From NCBI GenBank assembly GCA_031374115.1, contig JANMNO010000016.1, forward strand, positions 14,999-78,998: a DNA stretch of 64,000 bases. The letters are read 5' to 3'. Below the pieces are notes generated by a model. That model made no database searches and was not told the DNA's origin. It saw only the letters and a list, made by a program, of their open reading frames with translations. How positions within the stretch are numbered: position 1 is the first letter of the stretch; each line of letters begins with the position of its first letter. Below, piece by piece: positions 38,911-47,883 of the stretch. Position numbers and translations under genes: made by a program. Source of the DNA: Hyphomicrobiaceae bacterium (GTDB lineage Bacteria > Pseudomonadota > Alphaproteobacteria > Rhizobiales > Hyphomicrobiaceae).

Positions 38911-38982
38911 GTCGGCAAGCTGATGCATACTCTAACATGCAGGCAACAGCCATGCCTAGAAGCTCAACCGGGACTTATCCCT

Positions 38983-39873
38983 ATGGTACAGGCAATAGTC
39001 GGAAAATTGCCGGCGGCGGCAGCTGTAGTCGAAGGCCCATATCGCAAGATAACAGTGCGTCAGCTATGTGGCGCTGCGGGGGCCGAGATCGACGGCGTGG
39101 ACCTAGCCAAGCCGCTCGAAAAGGACACGATCGCGGAGATCCGGCAGGCCTTTCTCGCCAATTGCGTCCTTGCCTTTCGCGGCCAGAACTTGTCGCCTGC
39201 GCAACAAATCGCGTTCACTGAGATCTTCGGCAAAGTCGAGCAGCATCCCCTGTATCGCACGAACAGCATCGAGGGCCACCCCGAGATCCTCGTCCTTGAG
39301 CATAAGGCGGGGCAGTACATCAACGGCAAGAACGACATCTGGCATGCGGACATCACGTTCAACGAATGCCCGCCGCTCGGAAGCGTGCTGCACTGCCATG
39401 CAGCCTGGGAAGGCTACTCCGACACTATGTTTGCCAACCAATACAGGGCCTACGAGGCACTCTCCGAGCCGCTAAGGCGCATGCTCGACGGCCTTAAGGC
39501 CGAGCACTCGGCTGAGATATTGCAAAGCAGAAACAATGCGCAGTCCTATAACAAGCCAATCAAGGAAATCGGGCCTCCGGTCATCCATCCGGTGGTCCGT
39601 ACGCATCCCGAGTCGGGTCGCAAGACGCTATTCGTCAATCCGGTGTACTCGAGCCGTATCGTTGGGCTCAGCGAAGAGGAGAGTCGGTGGCTGCTCGACT
39701 TCCTATTCGCTCATTCAGTGCGCCCCGACTTCGTCTACCGTCACCGCTGGCGCGTGGGGGACGTGGTCATGTTCGACAACCGCTGCCTGCAGCACTACGT
39801 GGTGCCCGACCACCCCCACGACATGCACCGGCTCATGCACCGCACGACTGCAGCGGGTGACAGGCCATATTGA
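38983..39873 (+). CDS. TauD/TfdA-family Fe(II)/2-oxoglutarate dioxygenase
   Basis: Start trimmed to the ATG at 38983 (MVQAIVGKLP...). WHADITF (HxD facial-triad part), a C-terminal ...RLMHRTT block, and GAEIDGVDLAKPL near the N-terminus. Confidence 0.8.
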   Translation: MVQAIVGKLPAAAAVVEGPYRKITVRQLCGAAGAEIDGVDLAKPLEKDTIAEIRQAFLANCVLAFRGQNLSPAQQIAFTEIFGKVEQHPLYRTNSIEGHPEILVLEHKAGQYINGKNDIWHADITFNECPPLGSVLHCHAAWEGYSDTMFANQYRAYEALSEPLRRMLDGLKAEHSAEILQSRNNAQSYNKPIKEIGPPVIHPVVRTHPESGRKTLFVNPVYSSRIVGLSEEESRWLLDFLFAHSVRPDFVYRHRWRVGDVVMFDNRCLQHYVVPDHPHDMHRLMHRTTAAGDRPY

Positions 39874-40069
39874 ACACGCGCCGGAGCCCCCAGATACCGC
39901 CCCGATCGAAAGCTCCCCGCGGATGGATTTTGCAAACCGCTTTGAGGCATGGGGCAAAGCTGTGTTTGTGCGCTTGGGCCAGTAATCGGCTCCGGCGAGC
40001 AGCGTATTGCAGAGGCCGAAGCTGTAGGTACGAGGAAGCCACTGAAAACTGGGCGATCAAGAGGTGGTC

Positions 40070-41647
40070 ATGGACGGCGGTCCGGAATTTCCATGGGGGC
40101 GAAACGACCTCGTAATCAGTGCACTGCTGGATCGCCGGGCGGCAGAGGATCCCGACTTCGTGTTCGCCCGAATCGGTGAGCGCACCGTCAGCGTGGGCGC
40201 ACTTGCGTCGGCCATGAACCAGGCGGCGAACGGTTTCGCAGCCTTCGGCATACGGCGCGGTGATCGCGTACCGGTGATGCTCGCCAACCATCTCGACCAT
40301 GTCGTCACCTTCTTCGCACTACTGAAGCTCGGTGCTTGCATGGTGCCGGTCAACGTGCATCTGCGCGGCGAAGGCCTGAGCTTCATCCTGGAGCAATCCC
40401 AGGCGCGGTTCCTGATCATCGACGGAAGCTTCGCGGAAGCCGTCGATCCGCTGCTAGCGAGCCTCGCTCCTGCTACTCCAATCTGGCGTGACAGGCCGGG
40501 CGTCGGCGTGGACCTGTCGGACATACTGCACCATTGCGATCAAACGGAGCGACCCTCCTGTGTCGAGCCCGACGACATCGTCACGATCAGCTTCACGTCG
40601 GGAACGACGGGACTGCCCAAGGGCGTCATGGTGACGGATCGCATGTTGCGTTGCTGCGGGCATGCCGCCTCGCGCCTCACGGACCTTAGGCCCGGCGACA
40701 TCTTCTACTCGTGGGAGCCGCTCTATCACATAGGCGGCAGCGAGGTGCTCGTGATGGGGGTGCAGAACCCGATCACCCTCGCGATGGTCGAGCACTTCAG
40801 CGTATCGCGCTTCTGGCGCGATACGCGCGCGTTCGGCGCCACCCACATCCATTTCCTCGGTGGCGTGCTGGGCTTGCTGCTCAAGGAGCCGTCGCGCGGC
40901 GACGACCGCGAGCATCCCGTGCGCTTTGCCTGGGGCGGCGGCTGCCCGGTCGACGTGTGGCGAGCGTTCGAGGAGCGGTTCGGCGTTCCTATCCGCGAAT
41001 GCTACGGCATGACCGAGGCCTCGAGCTTCACCACGCAGAACCGTGACGGCAAGGTCGGCTCGGTCGGCAAGCCGATGCCTTGGTACGAGGTCCGCATCGT
41101 CGACGACGCGGGACGCGCTTTGGCCGCGGGCCAGCGCGGGGAGATTCATGTGCGCGAAAAAGTTCCAGGGCTTATCACCAAGGGATATTTCAACAACACC
41201 GAGGCGACCGCTGCCATTTTGCGTGACGGCTGGCTGTTGACCGGCGACGTCGGCTATTTTGACGAGGAGGGCGATTTCTATTTCGTCGGCCGCAAGAAGG
41301 ACAGCATCCGCCGTCGCGGAGAGAACATCACCGCTTTCGAGGTCGAGCGGATCGCCAACGAGCATCCGGCCGTGGCGGAGAGCGCAGTCGTGGGTGTGCG
41401 CAACGAGATCAGCGACGAGGACGTCAAAATCTTCCTGCGGTTGAAGCCTGGTGCAAGCCTTGCGCCCCTAGACTTCATCCATTGGGCCGAGACGCGCATG
41501 GCTCGTTTCCAAGTGCCACGCTATATCGCCTTTGTCGCCGAGTTCACCAAGACCCCGACCGAGCGCATCCGCAAGGAGATGCTTGCCCGGGATTGCGCCG
41601 GCATCTTCGATCTCGATGCGACCGGCTACAAGCTGAAACGGAAGTGA
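40070..41647 (+). CDS. AMP-forming acyl-CoA ligase (adenylate-forming superfamily, CaiC-like)
   Basis: ATG at 40070 after an AAGAGG RBS. FTSGTTGLPKGV, YGMTE, TGDVGYFDEEGDFYFVGRKKDSIRRRGENI. Confidence 0.85.
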   Translation: MDGGPEFPWGRNDLVISALLDRRAAEDPDFVFARIGERTVSVGALASAMNQAANGFAAFGIRRGDRVPVMLANHLDHVVTFFALLKLGACMVPVNVHLRGEGLSFILEQSQARFLIIDGSFAEAVDPLLASLAPATPIWRDRPGVGVDLSDILHHCDQTERPSCVEPDDIVTISFTSGTTGLPKGVMVTDRMLRCCGHAASRLTDLRPGDIFYSWEPLYHIGGSEVLVMGVQNPITLAMVEHFSVSRFWRDTRAFGATHIHFLGGVLGLLLKEPSRGDDREHPVRFAWGGGCPVDVWRAFEERFGVPIRECYGMTEASSFTTQNRDGKVGSVGKPMPWYEVRIVDDAGRALAAGQRGEIHVREKVPGLITKGYFNNTEATAAILRDGWLLTGDVGYFDEEGDFYFVGRKKDSIRRRGENITAFEVERIANEHPAVAESAVVGVRNEISDEDVKIFLRLKPGASLAPLDFIHWAETRMARFQVPRYIAFVAEFTKTPTERIRKEMLARDCAGIFDLDATGYKLKRK

Positions 41648-41655
41648 TCAGCCGA

Positions 41656-42699
41656 TCACCACAGCCAACGGCCGGTGTCCTCGAAAGTCCACACCTCCCC
41701 GGCACCATGCCGCTCGCGGCTCGAGCGGACGTGCCCGTTGAGTATCCGTGTGCTCGTAACCTGGAACTCGAACAAGACACCCCGCAACTCTTCCGAGGGC
41801 GTGGAAAAGGGCTTGAGGCCGACCAGCCGAAGCTGGCGCACCTTGGAACTTGGCTCCTGCCAGTCCGCCTCATGGCCAGAGCAGCGCAACAGCTCGGCGA
41901 AGAGACGGGCCACACCCTCGACCGATCGGTCCGCAATCGCGAGGTCGGATGCAAGCTCGTGGGTATATTGTGACGCGACGACGCGCATGGCATGGGCGAC
42001 CACTGCATGGGTCGGATGCTGGCCGATGAGCGCATAGAGCTGGTCGATCGTATCTTGCACATAGCCGCCCGCATAGTTGCGATTCGCCTTCAGCATCCGT
42101 GCCTCCGGCCAGAGCTTCGCGTCAAGCCTCGGGGCCTTCGTTGGGTCGAATTCGGGGGTCGTCTCGCAGACTTCGAAACGTGCGCGCTCATAAGGCTCGA
42201 GATCCCTGTCATGCTCGATGAAATAGCCCTCGTCATAAGGGTCGCCTTCATCGAGAAGTTTAGTGCACACCCAGCCAAGCCGCCGGCAGCCCATCAACTC
42301 GCCGTTACGAGGATGCCAGGTGGAAAAGACGGTGCGGCGCACGCCGAGGGGGAGAGCGGCCAGTGCTGTCCCCGGATAAGTCCAGGCCGGCGCCAGATAG
42401 CGAATCCAAACCTTGCGAGGGCCTTCCTCGATATACTCCAGGCCCAGTCCACCCAGTGCGTTGCTGAAATAGTGATACTTGGCGGCGGCGACGGCCGGGG
42501 GATCGCTCGCAATCCCCAGCTTTTGCAGGCTCGCCACGAAGTACTTGTCCTGGTGGCTCCGCAGCAGCGCGGCCCAGAGCCGGTCGAGCATCCCGCCGCC
42601 GTGCGACCTCATCGTCGACAATAGCAGGGCTGAGAAGATGCGGTTCCACAACTTGCTCGCTACGACGCAATCGCGGCGCAGGCGATCGAGTTCGGTCAT
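41656..42699 (-). CDS. conserved-looking hypothetical protein (347 aa), no family recognised
   Basis: Long uninterrupted ORF with coding-like composition. It fits tightly between the ligase (8-nt gap, convergent) and the aldolase (66-nt divergent gap). I recognise no motif. Confidence 0.55.
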   Translation of the reverse strand: MTELDRLRRDCVVASKLWNRIFSALLLSTMRSHGGGMLDRLWAALLRSHQDKYFVASLQKLGIASDPPAVAAAKYHYFSNALGGLGLEYIEEGPRKVWIRYLAPAWTYPGTALAALPLGVRRTVFSTWHPRNGELMGCRRLGWVCTKLLDEGDPYDEGYFIEHDRDLEPYERARFEVCETTPEFDPTKAPRLDAKLWPEARMLKANRNYAGGYVQDTIDQLYALIGQHPTHAVVAHAMRVVASQYTHELASDLAIADRSVEGVARLFAELLRCSGHEADWQEPSSKVRQLRLVGLKPFSTPSEELRGVLFEFQVTSTRILNGHVRSSRERHGAGEVWTFEDTGRWLW

Positions 42700-42765
42700 G
42701 ACCGTTTCCTCTCGAGCGGTGCCGTCGTAGGGTACTCAACTCCACGTCCAAAAAGGAGACTAGCG

Positions 42766-43506
42766 ATGCCCAGCAAGCGCGACAACCAGGAAGAGACGAT
42801 ACGGGCGCGAATAGACCTCGCAGCCGCGTTCCGGATGGCCGAGCGGCTCGATCTCCACGAGGGCGTGTGCAACCACTTTTCGATGATGTTGCCGGAGCGC
42901 AAGTTCCTGATCAATCCGAAGGGGCTGCATTTTTCCCGCATCACGGCGAGCACCATCATCCTCATGGACGAGCAGGGCAATACGCTCGAGGGCAAAGGCC
43001 GGCCGCCGAAGACGGGTCATTCAATCCACACCCGCGTCCACATTCGCCATCCCAGTGCGAAGGTCGTGTTGCATCTGCACGCTCCCTACACGACCGCGAT
43101 CTGCGCAATCGACGGCGGGCGCCTCGAGATGTGCCATCAGAACTCCGCGCGCTTCTATAACGAGATCGCCTATGACGACGATTTCGGCGGCATTGCCGTC
43201 GACATCAACGAAGGCGATCGCATGGCCGAGGTGATGGGCGACAAGCGAATCCTGTTCCTCTCAAACCATGGCGTCGTGGTGGTCGGCGACACCGTCGCCC
43301 AGGCCTTCGACGATTTCTACTATCTCGAGCGGGCGGCCCAGGTGCAGATCCTGGCCATGCAGACGGGCCGCCCCTTGAAGGTCATGAGCGAGGAGTTGGC
43401 GCGCATGACACACGACCAGTTTATGGGCTTCACCGCCAACGCGGAGCTCCACTTCGACGCGCTGAAGGCGATGCTGGACGAGGAGGAGCCGTCCTACGCT
43501 TCCTGA
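42766..43506 (+). CDS. class II aldolase/adducin-family protein
   Basis: HEGVCNHFS...HTRVHIRHPSAKVVLHLHAPY...LSNHGVVVVG are zinc-ligand His blocks of the class II aldolase/decarboxylase fold. Confidence 0.8.
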   Translation: MPSKRDNQEETIRARIDLAAAFRMAERLDLHEGVCNHFSMMLPERKFLINPKGLHFSRITASTIILMDEQGNTLEGKGRPPKTGHSIHTRVHIRHPSAKVVLHLHAPYTTAICAIDGGRLEMCHQNSARFYNEIAYDDDFGGIAVDINEGDRMAEVMGDKRILFLSNHGVVVVGDTVAQAFDDFYYLERAAQVQILAMQTGRPLKVMSEELARMTHDQFMGFTANAELHFDALKAMLDEEEPSYAS

Positions 43507-43537
43507 CCCGGAAGCCGGCGCAGGGCCACCGCGCCGT

Positions 43538-45340
43538 TCACGTTGCCCGCTCCGACTTGCGGCGGAACCATTCCGCCGCAAGGATGATGACCGAAATGAA
43601 GATCAGGAGAACCGTCGAGGCTGCGGCCAGAAGCGGACTAACCTTGAGAACGGCATCGTCCCACATCAGCTTGGGCAGCGTCGCGCTCAGGCCCCCCGTC
43701 GTGAACAGTGCGATCGTGAGCTCATCGAAGGACACGATGAACGCGAACAGGAACGCCGAGACGATGCCAGGCGCGATCAGCGGGAGCGTTATGAACCGCA
43801 GTGTGCGCCAATGGCTCGCGCCGAGGGTCGCCGCCGCATTGTCGAGGCGATCGTCATAGCTCTTTAGAACCGCCATGACGGTAATGACGACATAGGGGAC
43901 GGCGAGCACCGTGTGGCCGAGCACCAAACCCAAGGTCGTACCCACCAGTCCGATCCGCGCATAGAGATAGAACAGCGCTACCGCGATGATCATGCGTGGA
44001 AGGATCAGCGGTGTCATCACGAAGGCCATCACAAGGCCCTTGCCGGGGAAGCTGCGCCGGGTGAGGACGAACGCGGCAGGCGTCGCGATCAGGATCGCGA
44101 GCGTGGCCGTGAGCAGCGCCGTCACGAACGACCGTATCGTTGCGGAGATCCACAGTTTCGAGCCGAAATAGGTAGTGTACCAGTCAAGCGTGAAACCGAC
44201 CGGCGGCCATTCCATGAAGGCCGAGCGGCTGAACGAGATCGGGATGACGAAGAAGCTCGGGATCACGAGGAAGGCGATCACACAAAGTGCCGCCACGCGC
44301 AGAACCGCGCGAGAGCGGCCGCGGTTAGGACGCGTTGCATCGGGCGGAAAAAGATGCTCGCGCAGGGCTCCGAGACGATCGCAGATCTGGGCCAGTGCCG
44401 CGATGAAGAGCCAGCCGACGCGAGTCCCAACGGCGCCGACAAAACCCTGCCGTGTGGCGCTGCTCTGACCCGCGAGCGTCGAAAGCCCGAGGAGACGGTC
44501 ATAGAGGTAGAATACGACGAGCGAGGCTACGAGCAGCAGCATCGAGACCGAGCCCGCAAACCCCCAGTTGAGTGAAGACTGGATATTCTCGATGATCACC
44601 TGCGTGATCATCGTCTCGCGATTGCCGCCGAGCAGCGCTGGCGTAATGAAAAAACCGAGCGCGGTGATGAACACGAGCAGCCCGGCCGCGGCAACGCCCG
44701 GCAGCGAAAGCGGGAAATAGATCCGCCAGAACGCCTGGCCGCCGCGCGCACCGAGAGTACCGGCTGCCGGCACAAGGTTCGTCGGGATCTGCTGCATGAC
44801 CGATGTCATGGTGAGGATGGCGAGCGGCATCAGCGCGTGCGTCATGCCGATCATCACACCGGTGAAATTGTAGATCATCGACAGCGGCGCGTTGACGACT
44901 CCGAGTGCCTCGAGCCAGCGGTTGACTGCACCCTTCCGGCCGAGCAGTACGATCCAGGCGAACGTCCGCACGAGAAAGCTCGTCCAGAACGGCAGCAACA
45001 CCCACAAGATCAGCAGGCCGCGGGTGTTCGGCTTGGTCGTCGCAAGCAGGTAGGCGACCGGATAGCCGAATACGATCGCGAGCAACGTCGTCCAGGCCGC
45101 GACCTTGAATGTGATCAGCAGTACCTGGACGTAGACGGGCGAGGAGAAAAGACGCACGTAGTGCGCAATGCTGGGCGCGCCTTTGGCATCGGTGAAGCTG
45201 ATCGCCAGGAGCTGAGCTACGGGATAGAGGAACAGCGTGATCAAGAAAACCAACACCGGCAGAACAGGCCATATGCGGCGATGGCGGGCTGGTCGAGCAG
45301 TCGTTGCGCCCGAAGCGCTGTCTCCAGCGACTGCACTCAT
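43538..45340 (-). CDS. ABC importer permease, two fused transmembrane domains (PotB-PotC-like)
   Basis: Start at the ATG at 45340, overlapping the ATPase stop (ATGA). About 600 aa with two successive permease modules, each with an EAA-like loop (..AAGTLGARGGQAFWRIYFPL.. and ..AAATLGASHWRTLRFITLPL..). Confidence 0.85.
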   Translation of the reverse strand: MSAVAGDSASGATTARPARHRRIWPVLPVLVFLITLFLYPVAQLLAISFTDAKGAPSIAHYVRLFSSPVYVQVLLITFKVAAWTTLLAIVFGYPVAYLLATTKPNTRGLLILWVLLPFWTSFLVRTFAWIVLLGRKGAVNRWLEALGVVNAPLSMIYNFTGVMIGMTHALMPLAILTMTSVMQQIPTNLVPAAGTLGARGGQAFWRIYFPLSLPGVAAAGLLVFITALGFFITPALLGGNRETMITQVIIENIQSSLNWGFAGSVSMLLLVASLVVFYLYDRLLGLSTLAGQSSATRQGFVGAVGTRVGWLFIAALAQICDRLGALREHLFPPDATRPNRGRSRAVLRVAALCVIAFLVIPSFFVIPISFSRSAFMEWPPVGFTLDWYTTYFGSKLWISATIRSFVTALLTATLAILIATPAAFVLTRRSFPGKGLVMAFVMTPLILPRMIIAVALFYLYARIGLVGTTLGLVLGHTVLAVPYVVITVMAVLKSYDDRLDNAAATLGASHWRTLRFITLPLIAPGIVSAFLFAFIVSFDELTIALFTTGGLSATLPKLMWDDAVLKVSPLLAAASTVLLIFISVIILAAEWFRRKSERAT

Positions 45341-46437
45341 GATCGGGGCCAGGTCGTTGCCCGCGTCAGGAGCAGCGTGTCCTTTTGCGCCCATCCGAGC
45401 TGGACGGGAGACCCTTTGGCAAGTGCGGCACGGCCGGCGGAGGCCAGGCTTTTTGCCGAAACGATCTCGCCCGAAGTCAGCTTGGCAATCGTCCGGGTGA
45501 TGCCGCCGAGCATGATCACATCGGTGACGACAGCCTCTACGACGTTGTCCGCTTCTTCGCCGGCGGCGAGCACCCGCACGTTCTCGGGCCGGACCATGAT
45601 GTTGCCGGCCGTGCCAGCTTGCACAGGCTCCGCGGTTAGGGCACGCAGTTTGAGGCCTTGCGGACCGACAAGGATTGGCTCAAGCAAAGATGTTTCAACA
45701 CGCACCGGCAGCACGTTAGAGTCGCCGAGGAACTGGGCCGCGAACAGGCTGCGCGGGCGGAAGTAGAGATCATCCGCTGTGCCGATCTGCTCGATGCCGC
45801 CTTTGTTCATGAGGCAGATCCGGTCGGACATGACCAGCGCCTCATCCTGATCGTGGGTGACATAGAGAATCGTAACGCCAAGCTCTGAGTGGAGATGCTT
45901 GATTTCGAGCTGCATCTCGTCGCGCAGTTTCTTGTCCAGCGCGCCGAGCGGCTCGTCCATCAGAATGATCGAGGGGCGATAAACGAAGCAGCGGGCCAGT
46001 GCCACGCGCTGCTGCTGGCCACCCGACAACTCGCGCGGTAGGCGATTTGCCATGCCGTCGAGGCGCACCTTTTCGAGCACGGCCGCGACGTCACGCTTGA
46101 TCTGCGCCTCGTTGATCCGGCGCATCCGCAGCGGGAAGGCAATGTTTTCGAACACCGAAAGGTGCGGAAACAGCGCGTAGCTCTGGAACACCATGCCGAT
46201 GTCGCGCAGATGCACCGGCAGATAGGTTGCGAGCTTGCCGTCGATGCGGATCTCGCCGCCATCCGGCTCGATCAGGCCAGCAACGGCCATTAGCAGCGTG
46301 GTCTTACCTGAGCCCGACGGGCCGAGGAGTGTCAGAAACTCCCCCTCGGCCAGATCGAGGTCGGTAGCGTCCAGCGCCATGACGTGGCCGTAGGACTTGG
46401 CAACCCCCCGCAAGATAAGCTTCGCCGCCCCAGTCAC
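45337..46437 (-). CDS. ABC transporter ATP-binding protein (PotA/UgpC-like)
   Basis: Walker A GPSGSGKTT, signature LSGGQQQRVALAR, Walker B IILMDEPL. A C-terminal TOBE-like domain is present. Confidence 0.9.
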   Translation of the reverse strand: MTGAAKLILRGVAKSYGHVMALDATDLDLAEGEFLTLLGPSGSGKTTLLMAVAGLIEPDGGEIRIDGKLATYLPVHLRDIGMVFQSYALFPHLSVFENIAFPLRMRRINEAQIKRDVAAVLEKVRLDGMANRLPRELSGGQQQRVALARCFVYRPSIILMDEPLGALDKKLRDEMQLEIKHLHSELGVTILYVTHDQDEALVMSDRICLMNKGGIEQIGTADDLYFRPRSLFAAQFLGDSNVLPVRVETSLLEPILVGPQGLKLRALTAEPVQAGTAGNIMVRPENVRVLAAGEEADNVVEAVVTDVIMLGGITRTIAKLTSGEIVSAKSLASAGRAALAKGSPVQLGWAQKDTLLLTRATTWPRS

Positions 46438-46471
46438 GATCGGCGATCCTCCGTCCCAGGCCGCACCGGCC

Positions 46472-47551
46472 TCAAGTGAGGATCCACGTGTTGAAGCGCT
46501 CGATCATCTTTTCCTGGTTCGGTCCCCAGTACTCGTGGTTCTGGTAGATGAGCTTGTCGAAGTGATCCGGGTTGGTCGGCAGGATCGCCGCGCGCTCCTT
46601 GCTAATCGACTTGTAGGCGTTTGGATTGGTCGGACCGTAGGCGATGTGGTTGGCATACTCCGCCTGGCGTGCTGGATCCGCCGTGAACTGTATTAGCTTC
46701 ATACCGAGCTTGGCTTTCGGATTACCCTTCGGGATGGTCCAACCCTCGACGCCGTACAGCGCCTGGTTCCAGACTATCTTTGCCGGCGCGCCGTCGTCGA
46801 TCGCGGCCTGAGAGCGACCATTCCAGGTCGCTAGCACGTCGACCTCGCCTGTTTTCAGAAGTTGCGAGGCCTGTGCGCCGCCGGTCCACCAGATCTGCAC
46901 GTCCTTCTTGATCTGATCGAGCTTCTTGAAGGCGCGGTCAGCATCGAGTGGATAGAGCTTTTCGGGCGCGACGCCGTCGGCGAGGAGCGCTTGCTCCATG
47001 GAGTCGATCGGATGCTTGCGCAGGCAGCGCCGGCCGGGGAAATCTTTCACGTTCCATACATCCGCCCAGCCGGTCATTGGCTTCTTGATCGTATCAGTCC
47101 TATAGGCGAGGGCTGTCGAATAGACGTCCGTGCCTACGAACCATTTCGACTTCGCTTTGGGGATCAGATCGGTGATGTGCGGAGTGTTAAGATCGAGTTC
47201 CTCGAGGTAGCCGGCCGGCCCGAGCAGATCCTGATTGGCGATGGTCAAAATCACGACGTCCCATGTATAGGCCTTGGCATCGACCATTGCCTTGACTTGG
47301 CTGATCGGTTCATGGGCCGCAGTCACGGGGACGATCTCGATGCCAGTCTCTTTGGTGAAGGGCTTGTAGAAGGCTTCGAGGCCAGCTTTAGCCCAAGGGC
47401 CGCCGGGGTCGCGCACCACCAACGTTTCGGCAGCTCGAGCACGGTTTATATTGAATGTCGGCAGGGTGATTGTAGCAGCCGATCCGGCGATGATCGTTCG
47501 ACGGGAAAGACCGGCCTTTCCCTTGGGCGAGGATTCGATTGGCTTGGTCAC
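46472..47551 (-). CDS. periplasmic solute-binding protein (PotD/PotF-type)
   Basis: GTG at 47551 with a strong GGAGGAAG RBS. The Tat-like leader LSRRTIIAGSAATITLP is followed by a mature domain typical of polyamine/opine-type SBPs. Confidence 0.8.
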   Translation of the reverse strand: MTKPIESSPKGKAGLSRRTIIAGSAATITLPTFNINRARAAETLVVRDPGGPWAKAGLEAFYKPFTKETGIEIVPVTAAHEPISQVKAMVDAKAYTWDVVILTIANQDLLGPAGYLEELDLNTPHITDLIPKAKSKWFVGTDVYSTALAYRTDTIKKPMTGWADVWNVKDFPGRRCLRKHPIDSMEQALLADGVAPEKLYPLDADRAFKKLDQIKKDVQIWWTGGAQASQLLKTGEVDVLATWNGRSQAAIDDGAPAKIVWNQALYGVEGWTIPKGNPKAKLGMKLIQFTADPARQAEYANHIAYGPTNPNAYKSISKERAAILPTNPDHFDKLIYQNHEYWGPNQEKMIERFNTWILT

Positions 47552-47708
47552 GTTTCTTCCTCCAGATCCGAGCTTCTTGATCGAGGCAGTTCCCCGGCCC
47601 CGTTTTGGGGCGAAGTCTGCTGTATGTGATCGGCATCTATTCCGAAGTATCGCAAGGACGCGATAATACGGGATTTTCGTCTCAGTAGATCCGAAATTCT
47701 TCCCCCCC

Positions 47709-47724
47709 GCAATGCAAGCATTGC
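47709..47724. promoter_or_regulatory. 16-bp perfect palindrome GCAATGC-AA-GCATTGC in the divergent control region
   Basis: Read directly. It lies in the 332-bp gap between the ABC operon start (47551) and the FAD-oxidoreductase start (47884). Confidence 0.35.
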
Positions 47725-47883
47725 ACGCGGGCTTTGGAGCACCACTTTGCGGCAGGACTTCGGGCCTCGGGAGCACTCGCGAGGGTCTCACTGGCACCGC
47801 ACGCGCTGCAGCCGCGCGAGTTTCAATGTTGACAGCTTTTTGCTGGTGGCGGAGTCTTTTCGCTTCGATACTCCCTGTTCGGG

